This document shows, in pieces, positions 8,929-17,496 of a DNA stretch of 64,000 nt. Under the pieces are notes generated by a model that saw nothing but the letters and a program-made list of their open reading frames with translations, did not search any database and had not been told where the DNA came from. The stretch comes from an uncultured Nitrososphaerota archaeon (GTDB lineage Archaea > Thermoproteota > Methanomethylicia > Culexarchaeales > Culexmicrobiaceae), in the NCBI GenBank assembly GCA_964462875.1, contig CAYWZQ010000001.1, forward strand, positions 132,910 through 196,909, read 5' to 3'. A program made the position numbers and the translations under genes. Each line of letters starts with the position of its first letter. Within the stretch, counting starts at the first letter, position 1.

Positions 8929-11571
8929 CTACCATCGCCTTCTAAAGAAGGAGTCCAAACTCGTGACACCAAGTATTTCATCGAAGTTTATGCCTATAGC
9001 TTCAAGCACTTGCCTGAAAATCGTCTCCATATGGCTCAAGTACTTGCCAACATCTATCTCATCTATCCTAGCTAGCTGAACAGGTTTAACTCCGGGTTCA
9101 CCCTTAACCTTAACATATGAAATTATGTCTCCAGCTCCAAGCTTCTTACCATACCTCTCAAGTAGCCTAGCAGCCTTAACGTGTTGTGGAGTAGTTTTTA
9201 TGTACTGGTTTAAGGGTTTGGAAAGCTTAACTCTAAACGCCAATTCATCAAGCGAAAGCCTATGGTCCCTCAGCTTCCTATAGCAGTCCTGAGCTATAGC
9301 CCTTATCTTCTCCTTAGCCTTCTCAAAGTCTTCAGGAGACTTCACTTCACTTAAAACCTTCACAACATTATTAAATGCAGTTTTCAGAAACTCCGGAGTA
9401 TTCCTCTTCTTACCAACCAACCCCTTAATATCCACTGAACCATCCTCAAATACACCCAAATAGTTCTTCTTAAGCCCTGAGAAAGTCACATACCGATATA
9501 CCTTGTCAACATCTAAATCAATCCTAAACTCCCTTCTAGCCCATTCAACAAGTGCTTTAATTTGCTCCTCACTAGGCTTATAAAGAAATATGCTATCAGT
9601 ATCTCCATATAAGACTTCAACCCCAACCTCCCTAGCCTTCTCAATGGCCTTTGAAATTATGTATCTTCCAAGTGCAGTTGTACTTTCAGCCACTGGTGGG
9701 CAGTAGAGTGGAAAAGCTTCATTACCCATTACACCATAGCTGGCGTTCAATATTACCTTCAAGCCCTGCTGAACAACAGAGTACCAGCTTCTCGTAGCTT
9801 CATCTAGGCTCTTATTCTTAGACATGGGCTTAAACCAGTACACTCTAATATTCCTCAACATGCCTATCAATGTTGATGAAATTCCAAGCTTTTTCCTACA
9901 AACCCAGTGCGGTAGATCTGGAACCCTATTATCCCTACACTCCTTGTGGGGGCAATTTATGGTCTCATAAGACAGATTCCATCGATATAAGACCGATGGA
10001 TATAGGCTTGCGAAGTCCAGAACCGTGACATTGAAATATGCTCCGGGCTTCGGCTCAATAACTATGGCACCCATGTACTTTTTACCCTTAATTATAGCTC
10101 TAGTAACTGCCCCACCCTTAATAGCTAATATGTCCTCCCTCTCAGGTATCAAGTAGTTTCTCTTCCTATGCTCAAAGTAGAGCATATTCTTAATCCAACC
10201 TGAAACACCCTGCCTAGTTACATCTTCCATTGAAAGCTTAGATATCCTCATGAGCAAAATTATGAGCTTCATCACCAAGTCCTTGTCAAACGTTGTTAAT
10301 GACAGTGTTAAGTAGGCATCCCTAAAGCAGTAGGATGCAAGCTCAAAGTAGGTTAGCTCTGCAATAAGCCGATCTAATGGTATCTTACTTATACCTAGAA
10401 GTGCATGTGCAATAGCATCTAAAGTCACATCCTTATACTTATTCCCAAATGCATATACCTGAACGGACTTATTGGAGAAGAATCTGTATAAGTCTATGTG
10501 AATACCAGTAACTATGTGCGTCGACTGCCTACCCAAAATTATTGGAATCTCCCTTCGAGGAATACCAAGCCTAGTAGCCCTATACCTCAAATACCTCAAG
10601 TCAAATTGATCACCATTAAAAGTGAGTATTATGGGGTAGGATGTCATGAGCTTGAAGGTCTCGAGAATCATTTGCCTCTCATCATCAAAGAAAAGCACCT
10701 CAACATCACTTGGCAATGATTCTTTAGATCCATACTCCAAATCACCCCTCTTAAGTAGGAAAACCCTCTTCAATCCATCTGAAGCAGCAAAGGCTACACA
10801 TATTACTGGATACTTAGCCTCTGATGGCTCAGGTATCCTATCCGGTTCAGGAGTATAAACTTCTATATCCAGTGCAAGCCTAGGAATATTGGGTGCAGGA
10901 CATAGAAATACTGGAAGCCACTCGTCAAGCATTCTAATAACTTCTTCAGGTTCACCCTCAAAGAACTTCAAAATCCTACTCTTAACATCCTGGGGGACCT
11001 CGTATGGTACGGGCTTTAAATCACCATCCTCAATTTTATAGAAGAGACCTGGAATGAGCTGCCTATCATAAATATAGCAGTTGTGATACTTTATCTTGGC
11101 CTCCCAAGCCTTAGGCAGAAGCTCCCTTATGCTCTTAGGGCTACCTCCAATTGATAATGGGTCCTCAGCAATTATCTTTGACATCTTAACAACTCTATCA
11201 CTCAATGGATCATATTTCTCAACAACTTCAATACGCCTATAACCGGGATGAGTTACCACTGGTAATTTCTTAATTTTCTCGGGAGGCAGATCTGATAGAC
11301 AGTATGGTTTATGACCGGTATTATCATACCAAAAATATATCTTCCTTTTCTCGGGATCATAGAGCTTGCAGAGAGCCTTACCCTTAGAACCATCATATGA
11401 AACTGAAAGCAATATGCATGGACCAGTATTATATGGCTGCTCAACTTCAAAGGGTATTGTCTCTATAACCTCAACTTCCTCTTCTTCAACCTCCTCTTCC
11501 TCACCCTCCCACTCAAACTTCAATTTAGTCTGCCTATACTTCCTAGACCTCTTCATAACCCCCTCCACCAC
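8929..11571 (-). CDS. polB: DNA polymerase, family B
   Basis: ALDIEVYT (Exo I), YGDTDS (motif C), KKRY-like region. 880 aa with acidic N-terminus. Confidence 0.85.
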   Translation of the reverse strand: MVEGVMKRSRKYRQTKLKFEWEGEEEEVEEEEVEVIETIPFEVEQPYNTGPCILLSVSYDGSKGKALCKLYDPEKRKIYFWYDNTGHKPYCLSDLPPEKIKKLPVVTHPGYRRIEVVEKYDPLSDRVVKMSKIIAEDPLSIGGSPKSIRELLPKAWEAKIKYHNCYIYDRQLIPGLFYKIEDGDLKPVPYEVPQDVKSRILKFFEGEPEEVIRMLDEWLPVFLCPAPNIPRLALDIEVYTPEPDRIPEPSEAKYPVICVAFAASDGLKRVFLLKRGDLEYGSKESLPSDVEVLFFDDERQMILETFKLMTSYPIILTFNGDQFDLRYLRYRATRLGIPRREIPIILGRQSTHIVTGIHIDLYRFFSNKSVQVYAFGNKYKDVTLDAIAHALLGISKIPLDRLIAELTYFELASYCFRDAYLTLSLTTFDKDLVMKLIILLMRISKLSMEDVTRQGVSGWIKNMLYFEHRKRNYLIPEREDILAIKGGAVTRAIIKGKKYMGAIVIEPKPGAYFNVTVLDFASLYPSVLYRWNLSYETINCPHKECRDNRVPDLPHWVCRKKLGISSTLIGMLRNIRVYWFKPMSKNKSLDEATRSWYSVVQQGLKVILNASYGVMGNEAFPLYCPPVAESTTALGRYIISKAIEKAREVGVEVLYGDTDSIFLYKPSEEQIKALVEWARREFRIDLDVDKVYRYVTFSGLKKNYLGVFEDGSVDIKGLVGKKRNTPEFLKTAFNNVVKVLSEVKSPEDFEKAKEKIRAIAQDCYRKLRDHRLSLDELAFRVKLSKPLNQYIKTTPQHVKAARLLERYGKKLGAGDIISYVKVKGEPGVKPVQLARIDEIDVGKYLSHMETIFRQVLEAIGINFDEILGVTSLDSFFRRRW

Positions 11572-11777
11572 TTCTCAAACATTCTATCCTTCTTAGACGC
11601 CTTCTTATACATCTTATAATGCTTCTCGCAGAGATAGATCCTCCTAGAACTCGAATCCTTAACCTCCAAGTTAAGCTTAGCCAAATACCTTAACGCCTCA
11701 CTTGAAGCCAAAGATCTAACTGCATGCTCGCTACAACCAACTATACTACACACTTGCCCCTTCCTAACCTTACCCAA
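11553..11777 (-). CDS. small zinc-finger protein overlapping the polB start
   Basis: 74 aa. CSIVGC...CEKHY (C2-CH). Overlaps polB by 19 nt. Confidence 0.35.
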   Translation of the reverse strand: MGKVRKGQVCSIVGCSEHAVRSLASSEALRYLAKLNLEVKDSSSRRIYLCEKHYKMYKKASKKDRMFEKWWRGL

Positions 11778-11840
11778 AGCAATCGCCCAATTAAAAGTCT
11801 ACAACAACATTATTAAAAACAGCGCTCAACCTTGAATATG

Positions 11841-11917
11841 GGGCCCGTAGCTCAGCTGGATAGAGCGCCGGCCTCCGGAGCCGGAGGTCCCGGGTTCAAA
11901 TCCCGGCGGGCCCGCCA
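11841..11917 (+). tRNA. tRNA-Arg (anticodon CCG), CCA encoded
   Basis: GGGCCCG acceptor stem, anticodon arm CCGGC-CUCCGGA-GCCGG, T arm CCGGG-UUCAAAU-CCCGG, encoded CCA. Confidence 0.85.
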
Positions 11918-12337
11918 CTTAAATATCCCCTATATAAGTACTTCTTCTGGTGCCCCCGATAAGTTTTATACTTATGGAACTGCCCCCAGACCATGAGGAA
12001 CCTTGGGACAATTAGGATACTGTGTTCTGGAAGAATAGCAGGCTCACGAGGTGCTACAGCAGCTATATGAGCAGTATGGTAGTGTACGGAAGTCGCCCAA
12101 ATGCTTGGTGTAAGTAAGAGCACTCTACATAGATGCCTAACATGTTATTGTTTATCTTCTGCTTCTAGCTTCCTTACCTCTATTTTCACGTAGCCTGCAC
12201 CATGGGATTTGAAAACGCCAAGTCTTCTAATAAATTTAAGTCTTTCTATTACTAGCTCGCTTATTATTCTCTCTGGATTTCTCCACTCCGTATTCTCTTT
12301 GAGCCATAGGTCTCCTAGCGTTGGACCCTTTAATGGT

Positions 12338-12520
12338 CTAGGCTCTCCTAGCTTGACCCAAGCTAGCTATACCCTTCTCATAGAGCCTTAACGCTAGTTC
12401 TATCCTTAGCCTCTCCTCGAGCTCGCCAGGAGGAACTCGTAGGTTCGCTGGTACCTCAGTAATAACTCGTCTAACACTAGCCTTAACCACCCTTGTCCCC
12501 TCAATGAACACTATACGCAT
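12338..12520 (-). pseudogene. UPF0175-family antitoxin-like fragment (C-terminally truncated)
   Basis: ...ELALRLYEKGIASLGQARRA then stop. Paralog of 14028..14318 but lacks the C-terminal half. Confidence 0.35.
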
Positions 12521-13066
12521 ATTAAGACTATTAATCCCTAGCCACCTCGTAAACGAATCATACTTTTAACAATACTCAATCCATGAACTAGCTGTCCCGT
12601 ATACTAGAAAACGGGTATGAAAAACATACCTAACTGTCCCATTTATCATCAACTTGTGGGATGTTTCCTTATAAGGGCCAGCCTATGAGACCGGAGGTTT
12701 GCTTTGGTAATGGTTTCAGCGGACATGGAATTATAATTACTTTTGGTATTCGCTTTTGTTTTCTCTGAGCGAATGCATTTTAGGATATGGGGAGAGTTAA
12801 GAGGCTCCGTAAACCATAAAACTATATGGTAGAGGAATATGCCTAGTGGCGTTATGAGACTTTGTATATTAAAAATGCTGTTAAAGAACTTATTCGGATC
12901 TAAGAGAGTAAGTGTATCTAGAGGGTACGATGATATATTTAATACAGTATTTTGAGTGAGCAAGGAGAATATACTAGAGGAGGTTTTCAGGGAGAAGGAG
13001 TGGTTCCTAGCTGAAGTAAAGAGTTATGAGATACGATTACTAATAATTTGGAATGAGGTGTAGTTT

Positions 13067-13381
13067 TTGAGTGAAAATATTGTGGTTGTTGAACTTGATA
13101 AGAGGACTATTAGCTTGCTTACTAGAGTTCTTAATAATGAGTATAAGAGACTTCAGCTAGAGTTACGGATAACGGAGGAGAAAATCAAGAGGTTTGAAGA
13201 TAAGTACGGCATGAGTAGTAGTGAGTTCTTAGAGAGGTATGCTCGCGGCAAACTGGGTGACGAAGAGGAGTATATGGAATGGTATGGTGAGCTAAAGTTC
13301 CTAGAGAGGATCCGCGAGGAATTAGAGGAGCTGAAGAATATTGCGGATAGGGTATCTGGAAAAATACGTAACAAGGGTTGA
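13067..13381 (+). CDS. coiled-coil hypothetical protein (upstream partner of the TumE-like gene)
   Basis: TTG start, 104 aa. Overlaps the downstream gene. Confidence 0.35.
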   Translation: MSENIVVVELDKRTISLLTRVLNNEYKRLQLELRITEEKIKRFEDKYGMSSSEFLERYARGKLGDEEEYMEWYGELKFLERIREELEELKNIADRVSGKIRNKG

Positions 13382-13736
13382 AGAAAAACTAAGGGAGCTG
13401 GAGCCTCTAATTTCATCTTCCCAAATATGTATTGAGCGTAGATCCCTCAATAGAATCGTATTAAGAGGTATTATCGTCTTCATAGATGGATCTTCACTTC
13501 ATTTTCTAGAATACGTTCTAGAAGAAGATAATAGGCTGTTAAGAGTCTCCTATCGGTTCCACTATATCAAGCAAGATGGATCGCTAGTCTTCAGATATGA
13601 TAATGCCCCACATCACCCAGAGCTTCCAACGTTCCCACACCATAAACACTTACCTGGAAACAAGACTGTCCCCTCCGGTGAGAAAAGCTTAATTGATGTA
13701 CTGGATGAGATAGGGGAAATTATTTCTAAGGAATAA
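13341..13736 (+). CDS. TumE/DUF6516-like protein (putative toxin-antitoxin component)
   Basis: Signature RYDNAPHHPELPTFPHHKHLPG recalled from the TumE family. Precise start uncertain. Confidence 0.4.
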   Translation: MRIGYLEKYVTRVEEKLRELEPLISSSQICIERRSLNRIVLRGIIVFIDGSSLHFLEYVLEEDNRLLRVSYRFHYIKQDGSLVFRYDNAPHHPELPTFPHHKHLPGNKTVPSGEKSLIDVLDEIGEIISKE

Positions 13737-13876
13737 TGAGTGAGATGCCTAGCAAGGAATGCATTGTCAGTATTACTTCTCAAGTAATAAATAGAACAAT
13801 TCATAAACTATCATTGCCCACTTATTCTTAATGATGATGATTATTACAATTTGGCCTCTATTCGTGAAACCAAGCC

Positions 13877-14035
13877 TTAAACAGCTGCCCATATACTAGA
13901 TAATGGGTATGAATTCCTATCGGATCTGTCCCGATTTACCACGACCCCTGACAACATACTCGTCAAGCCTATCTCCGCAAGTGCTATGATGGCACTAGAG
14001 TTTACTGCAATGCAACAAGTAGACCAGCTACTCAA
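13877..14035 (-). pseudogene. truncated DUF3368 (PIN-like) toxin remnant downstream of UPF0175
   Basis: TTG start overlapping the UPF0175 stop. MSSWSTCCIAVNSSAIIALAEIGLTSML... stops after 52 aa (full length is about 150 aa). Confidence 0.3.
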
Positions 14036-14318
14036 TTCCTAGTTCCTCTCGGAGCTCCTCATCATTATAAGGGTAGGCCGTTATCCCTCTTCTCTGCAGC
14101 TCTAAGATGAAGTCGTAGAGGCTCAGCTCGGCTGCACGCTCAACACTAACAATTCCGCGGACAAAGAGGTCTATAGCATAGGCTAGCTTAACGACCCGCC
14201 TCTTCACCTCTTTAGCAACCTCACTAGCAACCGCATCCAATGGTGGAGAATAATATTTAGGATTTGAAGCGATAGCAGCTAGTACCTCTCTTAATGCCTT
14301 CTCCATCATGTTCATCAC
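14028..14318 (-). CDS. UPF0175 family protein (antitoxin-like)
   Basis: C-terminal VSVERAAELSLYDFILELQRRGITAYPYNDEELREELG matches the UPF0175 pattern. Confidence 0.55.
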   Translation of the reverse strand: MMNMMEKALREVLAAIASNPKYYSPPLDAVASEVAKEVKRRVVKLAYAIDLFVRGIVSVERAAELSLYDFILELQRRGITAYPYNDEELREELGIE

Positions 14319-14568
14319 TGCCTAGACCCTTACAATTTGGTGTATATATCTTACAAGGTTTAAGATTACCTTCTCAGTAAATAGCTATGTAGCTAACATG
14401 ATTCTACATTTAGCCGGTCTACTTATATTTGAACAGCCAATAAAAATGAATGTTCTTGAAAATCTCTCTGCATAATTTTAGCTAATAGAGAACCCTTCGT
14501 GTTCAATTCTTTTACACATGTACTCATATTTCCTCAGGTTATATCTGCTCAATAATTCCTTTTTGAAA

Positions 14569-16113
14569 TTAAAAGAGCATTAGAAACATCGGTGTTGGTA
14601 TGTAGATCATGTCATTACGCAGTCTTAATATATCTCGCGTTAGAACTATCTTACCTTTTTCAGGAACTATATGTGAAGGAGCTCCTCGATACTTTGATTC
14701 AATGATGAATCTATATTGAGCGTTTCCTTTCACAACACATAAGACGAAATCCGTTTCTTGCATTCCTTCTCTTGCTGGTCTATACATTAGAACTCTTTCA
14801 TATTCAACGCTTGGTATATGTTCGAATAACTGTTGAGCTAAAAGAAGATGAGCTGCTACGACACTCTCAACTAAATGACCTTTAAAGCTCGAGTCCCCAA
14901 CTATTTTCTTCGAATACTCAAATGGGTCGGGAATATTGTTGAGATATGAATATAATGCATGATATATGAATGGGTCTAGAACATAGTTCTTAGGCTTTCC
15001 TTGATAATTGGGTTTACAGCTACCATTTTCCCTCTCCTCTGGGTATGCAAAGAAGAATGTCCATGTAGTTCTAAGATAGTCCAGGTAACTTCTTAAACCA
15101 AAACGCCCTTTAGGTCTGGCATCTTCATTGCGACCAATAACCTCAGGTCGACATAGATCCAGAAGACCTGCAATCCTCTTAGGTTCTAAGAGAAAAGCTA
15201 GCACTCTTTTCAAATTCTCTGAGTCTAAACCAGCCTTCTCAGAATCCTTGACAAGTAGTTCCGCTACATCAACATAAAACTCTTTACTTATGTATTCATT
15301 CTTATAATATTCATCTATAGCTTTAGGATAGCCCCCGTGAATCAAGTATTCTTCGAACACTGTTTGGAGAAGTTGGAAATACTCGTCATATATTCTCCGG
15401 AAAGCCTCCGGAATTCTTCCTCGAGCAAGCTCCTTTAGTATCTCGAATCTTATTCTAGGAGTTCTAAGCTTGCGTAATGATAGGAACGAATCTATTTCCC
15501 GCCTAAGTGCTTCAACTACTTCTGCAAATCGTAATGGAACGTGAACTAGATTCCCTCCAAGGTTGAAGAGTTGTGCCAATCTGCCTTGCCTACCTCTTAG
15601 CTTACTAGCAGCCTCTGCCAAGTCCATAGAGTGACTACCAGCAGACACAATCTTCATACGCCCACTTTCAATTAAACCCATGTCATAGAGATTTTTCAGC
15701 GCTTGAGCCCATCCAGGATACATGGATGCTTCATCGAGAAAAACATACTTATCATTATTACTTGACATAGCTATGACTTCAAGAATCTCAATCAGTCTTA
15801 TATCTACCAGCCCTTCGTAGTCGAGTGAAATATAAAATATTGATTGAGGATTCACATTCTTTTCCTCGATGAGATACCTTATGAGGAGTTTAATTAATGT
15901 AGATTTACCTGCACGTCTAGGTCCCCGTATTGTGATTATACCATATGCACCCAGCTCAGCTATGTAACGTCTTAGATGGTAATAGAGTCTGGGTTCACGT
16001 CTAAGCATTGAATTGTAGAAGTTCTGAAGCAACGGGTCACGTTTATACCAGTACTTGTCTATCCACCAAGGATTATATTGCTTTAAAAGTTTCCTAAGTT
16101 CCCCGATGTTCAA
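14569..16113 (-). CDS. AAA+ ATPase, COG1373 / DUF4143 family
   Basis: N-terminal NPWW motif, Walker A GPRRAGKST, Walker B VFLDE. 514 aa. Confidence 0.7.
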   Translation of the reverse strand: MNIGELRKLLKQYNPWWIDKYWYKRDPLLQNFYNSMLRREPRLYYHLRRYIAELGAYGIITIRGPRRAGKSTLIKLLIRYLIEEKNVNPQSIFYISLDYEGLVDIRLIEILEVIAMSSNNDKYVFLDEASMYPGWAQALKNLYDMGLIESGRMKIVSAGSHSMDLAEAASKLRGRQGRLAQLFNLGGNLVHVPLRFAEVVEALRREIDSFLSLRKLRTPRIRFEILKELARGRIPEAFRRIYDEYFQLLQTVFEEYLIHGGYPKAIDEYYKNEYISKEFYVDVAELLVKDSEKAGLDSENLKRVLAFLLEPKRIAGLLDLCRPEVIGRNEDARPKGRFGLRSYLDYLRTTWTFFFAYPEERENGSCKPNYQGKPKNYVLDPFIYHALYSYLNNIPDPFEYSKKIVGDSSFKGHLVESVVAAHLLLAQQLFEHIPSVEYERVLMYRPAREGMQETDFVLCVVKGNAQYRFIIESKYRGAPSHIVPEKGKIVLTRDILRLRNDMIYIPTPMFLMLF

Positions 16114-16370
16114 CTTTTACTACACCTCTTTGCAAGTAGGACCAAATCCTTCTCTATGCGGCCAACCTCTCGTGCCAATTGCTCATACTTCTTCTCAAGC
16201 TCTTTGATACGAGTAATAAGGTCTCCATATTCAGCCTCTCCAATGAATTCTAGAACAAGTCTCTTCACTAGAGCTGGCACCGACAAACCTTGCTGTTCAG
16301 CAATCTTTCTCAGCTTTCCATACTGCTCTTCACTAAGATAGAATTTAACTTGTTTCAACCTACTCACCAT
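16110..16370 (-). CDS. ribbon-helix-helix (CopG/Arc-like) DNA-binding protein
   Basis: 86 aa. KFYLSEEQYGKLRKIAEQQGLSVPALVKRLVLE followed by a coiled-coil tail. 4-nt overlap with the ATPase gene. Confidence 0.5.
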   Translation of the reverse strand: MVSRLKQVKFYLSEEQYGKLRKIAEQQGLSVPALVKRLVLEFIGEAEYGDLITRIKELEKKYEQLAREVGRIEKDLVLLAKRCSKS

Positions 16371-16377
16371 ATCTCTG

Positions 16378-16528
16378 GTACTTTATAGTACCTTAACAGT
16401 ACTAAAATTTAACGCTCTAGTACTACTAAGGTACTAATAACCTGACGCAAAAGCACCATATTAGCACCATTATAGTACTGATCGATTCCTAAGATAGTAC
16501 TATTAAGGTACTATGTATTAAAAAGTAC
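16378..16528. promoter_or_regulatory. array of nine GTAC-core motifs (mostly TAGTAC / GGTAC) upstream of the RHH-ATPase operon
   Basis: GTAC at 16378, 16388, 16399, 16420, 16431, 16475, 16497, 16508 and 16525. About 0.6 expected by chance in 150 bp. Confidence 0.45.
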
Positions 16529-16566
16529 CTCTTATGCCCAAGTCTTGTAGACATATTGTATTCACA

Positions 16567-16752
16567 TTAAGCTTCTTTAAAAGGATTGCCAGTCTTTATT
16601 GGTACGTTTTCATCTGCTAGGAGTCTCAGCAACTCTATAACCCTCTTTAGCGCCTTGGATGCAAACTTTAGTGCCTCATATACAGCCTCCAATGGTATCT
16701 CAAACTCCTCAGCAACCTCCTTAGACTCGCGAAGGGGTGGCAGGCAGTAAGT
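16567..16752 (-). pseudogene. fused remnant of a DUF433 antitoxin-like C-terminus and a DUF5615 PIN-like N-terminus
   Basis: ESKEVAEEFEIPLEAVYEALKFA (DUF433-like) runs into LLRLLADENVP (DUF5615-like start), then a stop. No start for the N-terminal half. Confidence 0.3.
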
Positions 16753-17043
16753 CTAGATGCTAGGGTAGAGGAGCTGAAGAAGAGGTTTGATTTCCTAGGT
16801 CTTTCTAGGGAAAACTCTTAGTTTCAAATCGGATAAGGAAAACTGCGCTTCACCTCACTTACCATAGATTATTACATCCGAATAATCCAGGAAATTAGGG
16901 AACCTATAAGCAGGCCATCATATGCTACATGGGAAGAAGCATTAAAAGTTTTATCTTAGTGCTAGAACCCCTTTGATTTAAACTACACTACTTATTCTTG
17001 CACGAGCTCATATAGGTTTACTAAGTAGATGGTGTAATGTTTA

Positions 17044-17496
17044 GTGATGACTTTGGAGATTGAGAAACTAATCATAACAGTGTTTGGCTCCTACACGGGA
17101 TTCATTAAATGGCTTCAGAACTTGTGTAGCCTCAGAACTTTCTGGACTAAAAATGTAAAGCATGTTGGCATTGCTTCAGTCAACCCATTGAAGTTAAGGA
17201 TTCTATGGAAGACTAGGCGTGGCTGTAGACAAGCATTCTTCATGATGTCTAGTAGATTTAGTCAAGTTGCTAGGTTATTGAAAGAAGCTGGGGGTAAGCA
17301 GAGCATGAAAGATAACACATGTTACATAGTCATAACGACATCTGGGCTAAACTCATGCCTTTACGATAGGCGGAGTGTTATCTATGTGTATACTAGTGAT
17401 AGTAGACTGCTTGAACCCAATCATAGTGTTGAAGTTGAGGACTACGAGAACCCCAGTGAAAGGGTCTTGAAGGAGGTTGAGACTGTGGAGGCATGA
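17044..17496 (+). CDS. hypothetical protein (doubtful)
   Basis: 150-aa ORF in AT-rich low-coding DNA. No family recognised. Confidence 0.2.
   Translation: MMTLEIEKLIITVFGSYTGFIKWLQNLCSLRTFWTKNVKHVGIASVNPLKLRILWKTRRGCRQAFFMMSSRFSQVARLLKEAGGKQSMKDNTCYIVITTSGLNSCLYDRRSVIYVYTSDSRLLEPNHSVEVEDYENPSERVLKEVETVEA

Noticed and set aside
8929-11571. Possible intein or split in the family B polymerase
   Set aside because: A single continuous 880-aa frame carries all polymerase motifs in order, with no intein-like insertion or internal stop.
11896-12123. 75-aa minus-strand ORF overlapping tRNA-Arg(CCG)
   Set aside because: It overlaps a well-supported tRNA gene, has odd composition, and likely arises from GC-rich tRNA sequence.
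12649-12963. 104-aa minus-strand ORF in AT-rich DNA after the tRNA
   Set aside because: It has no start context or motifs and a skewed composition. It probably lies within eroded non-coding DNA.
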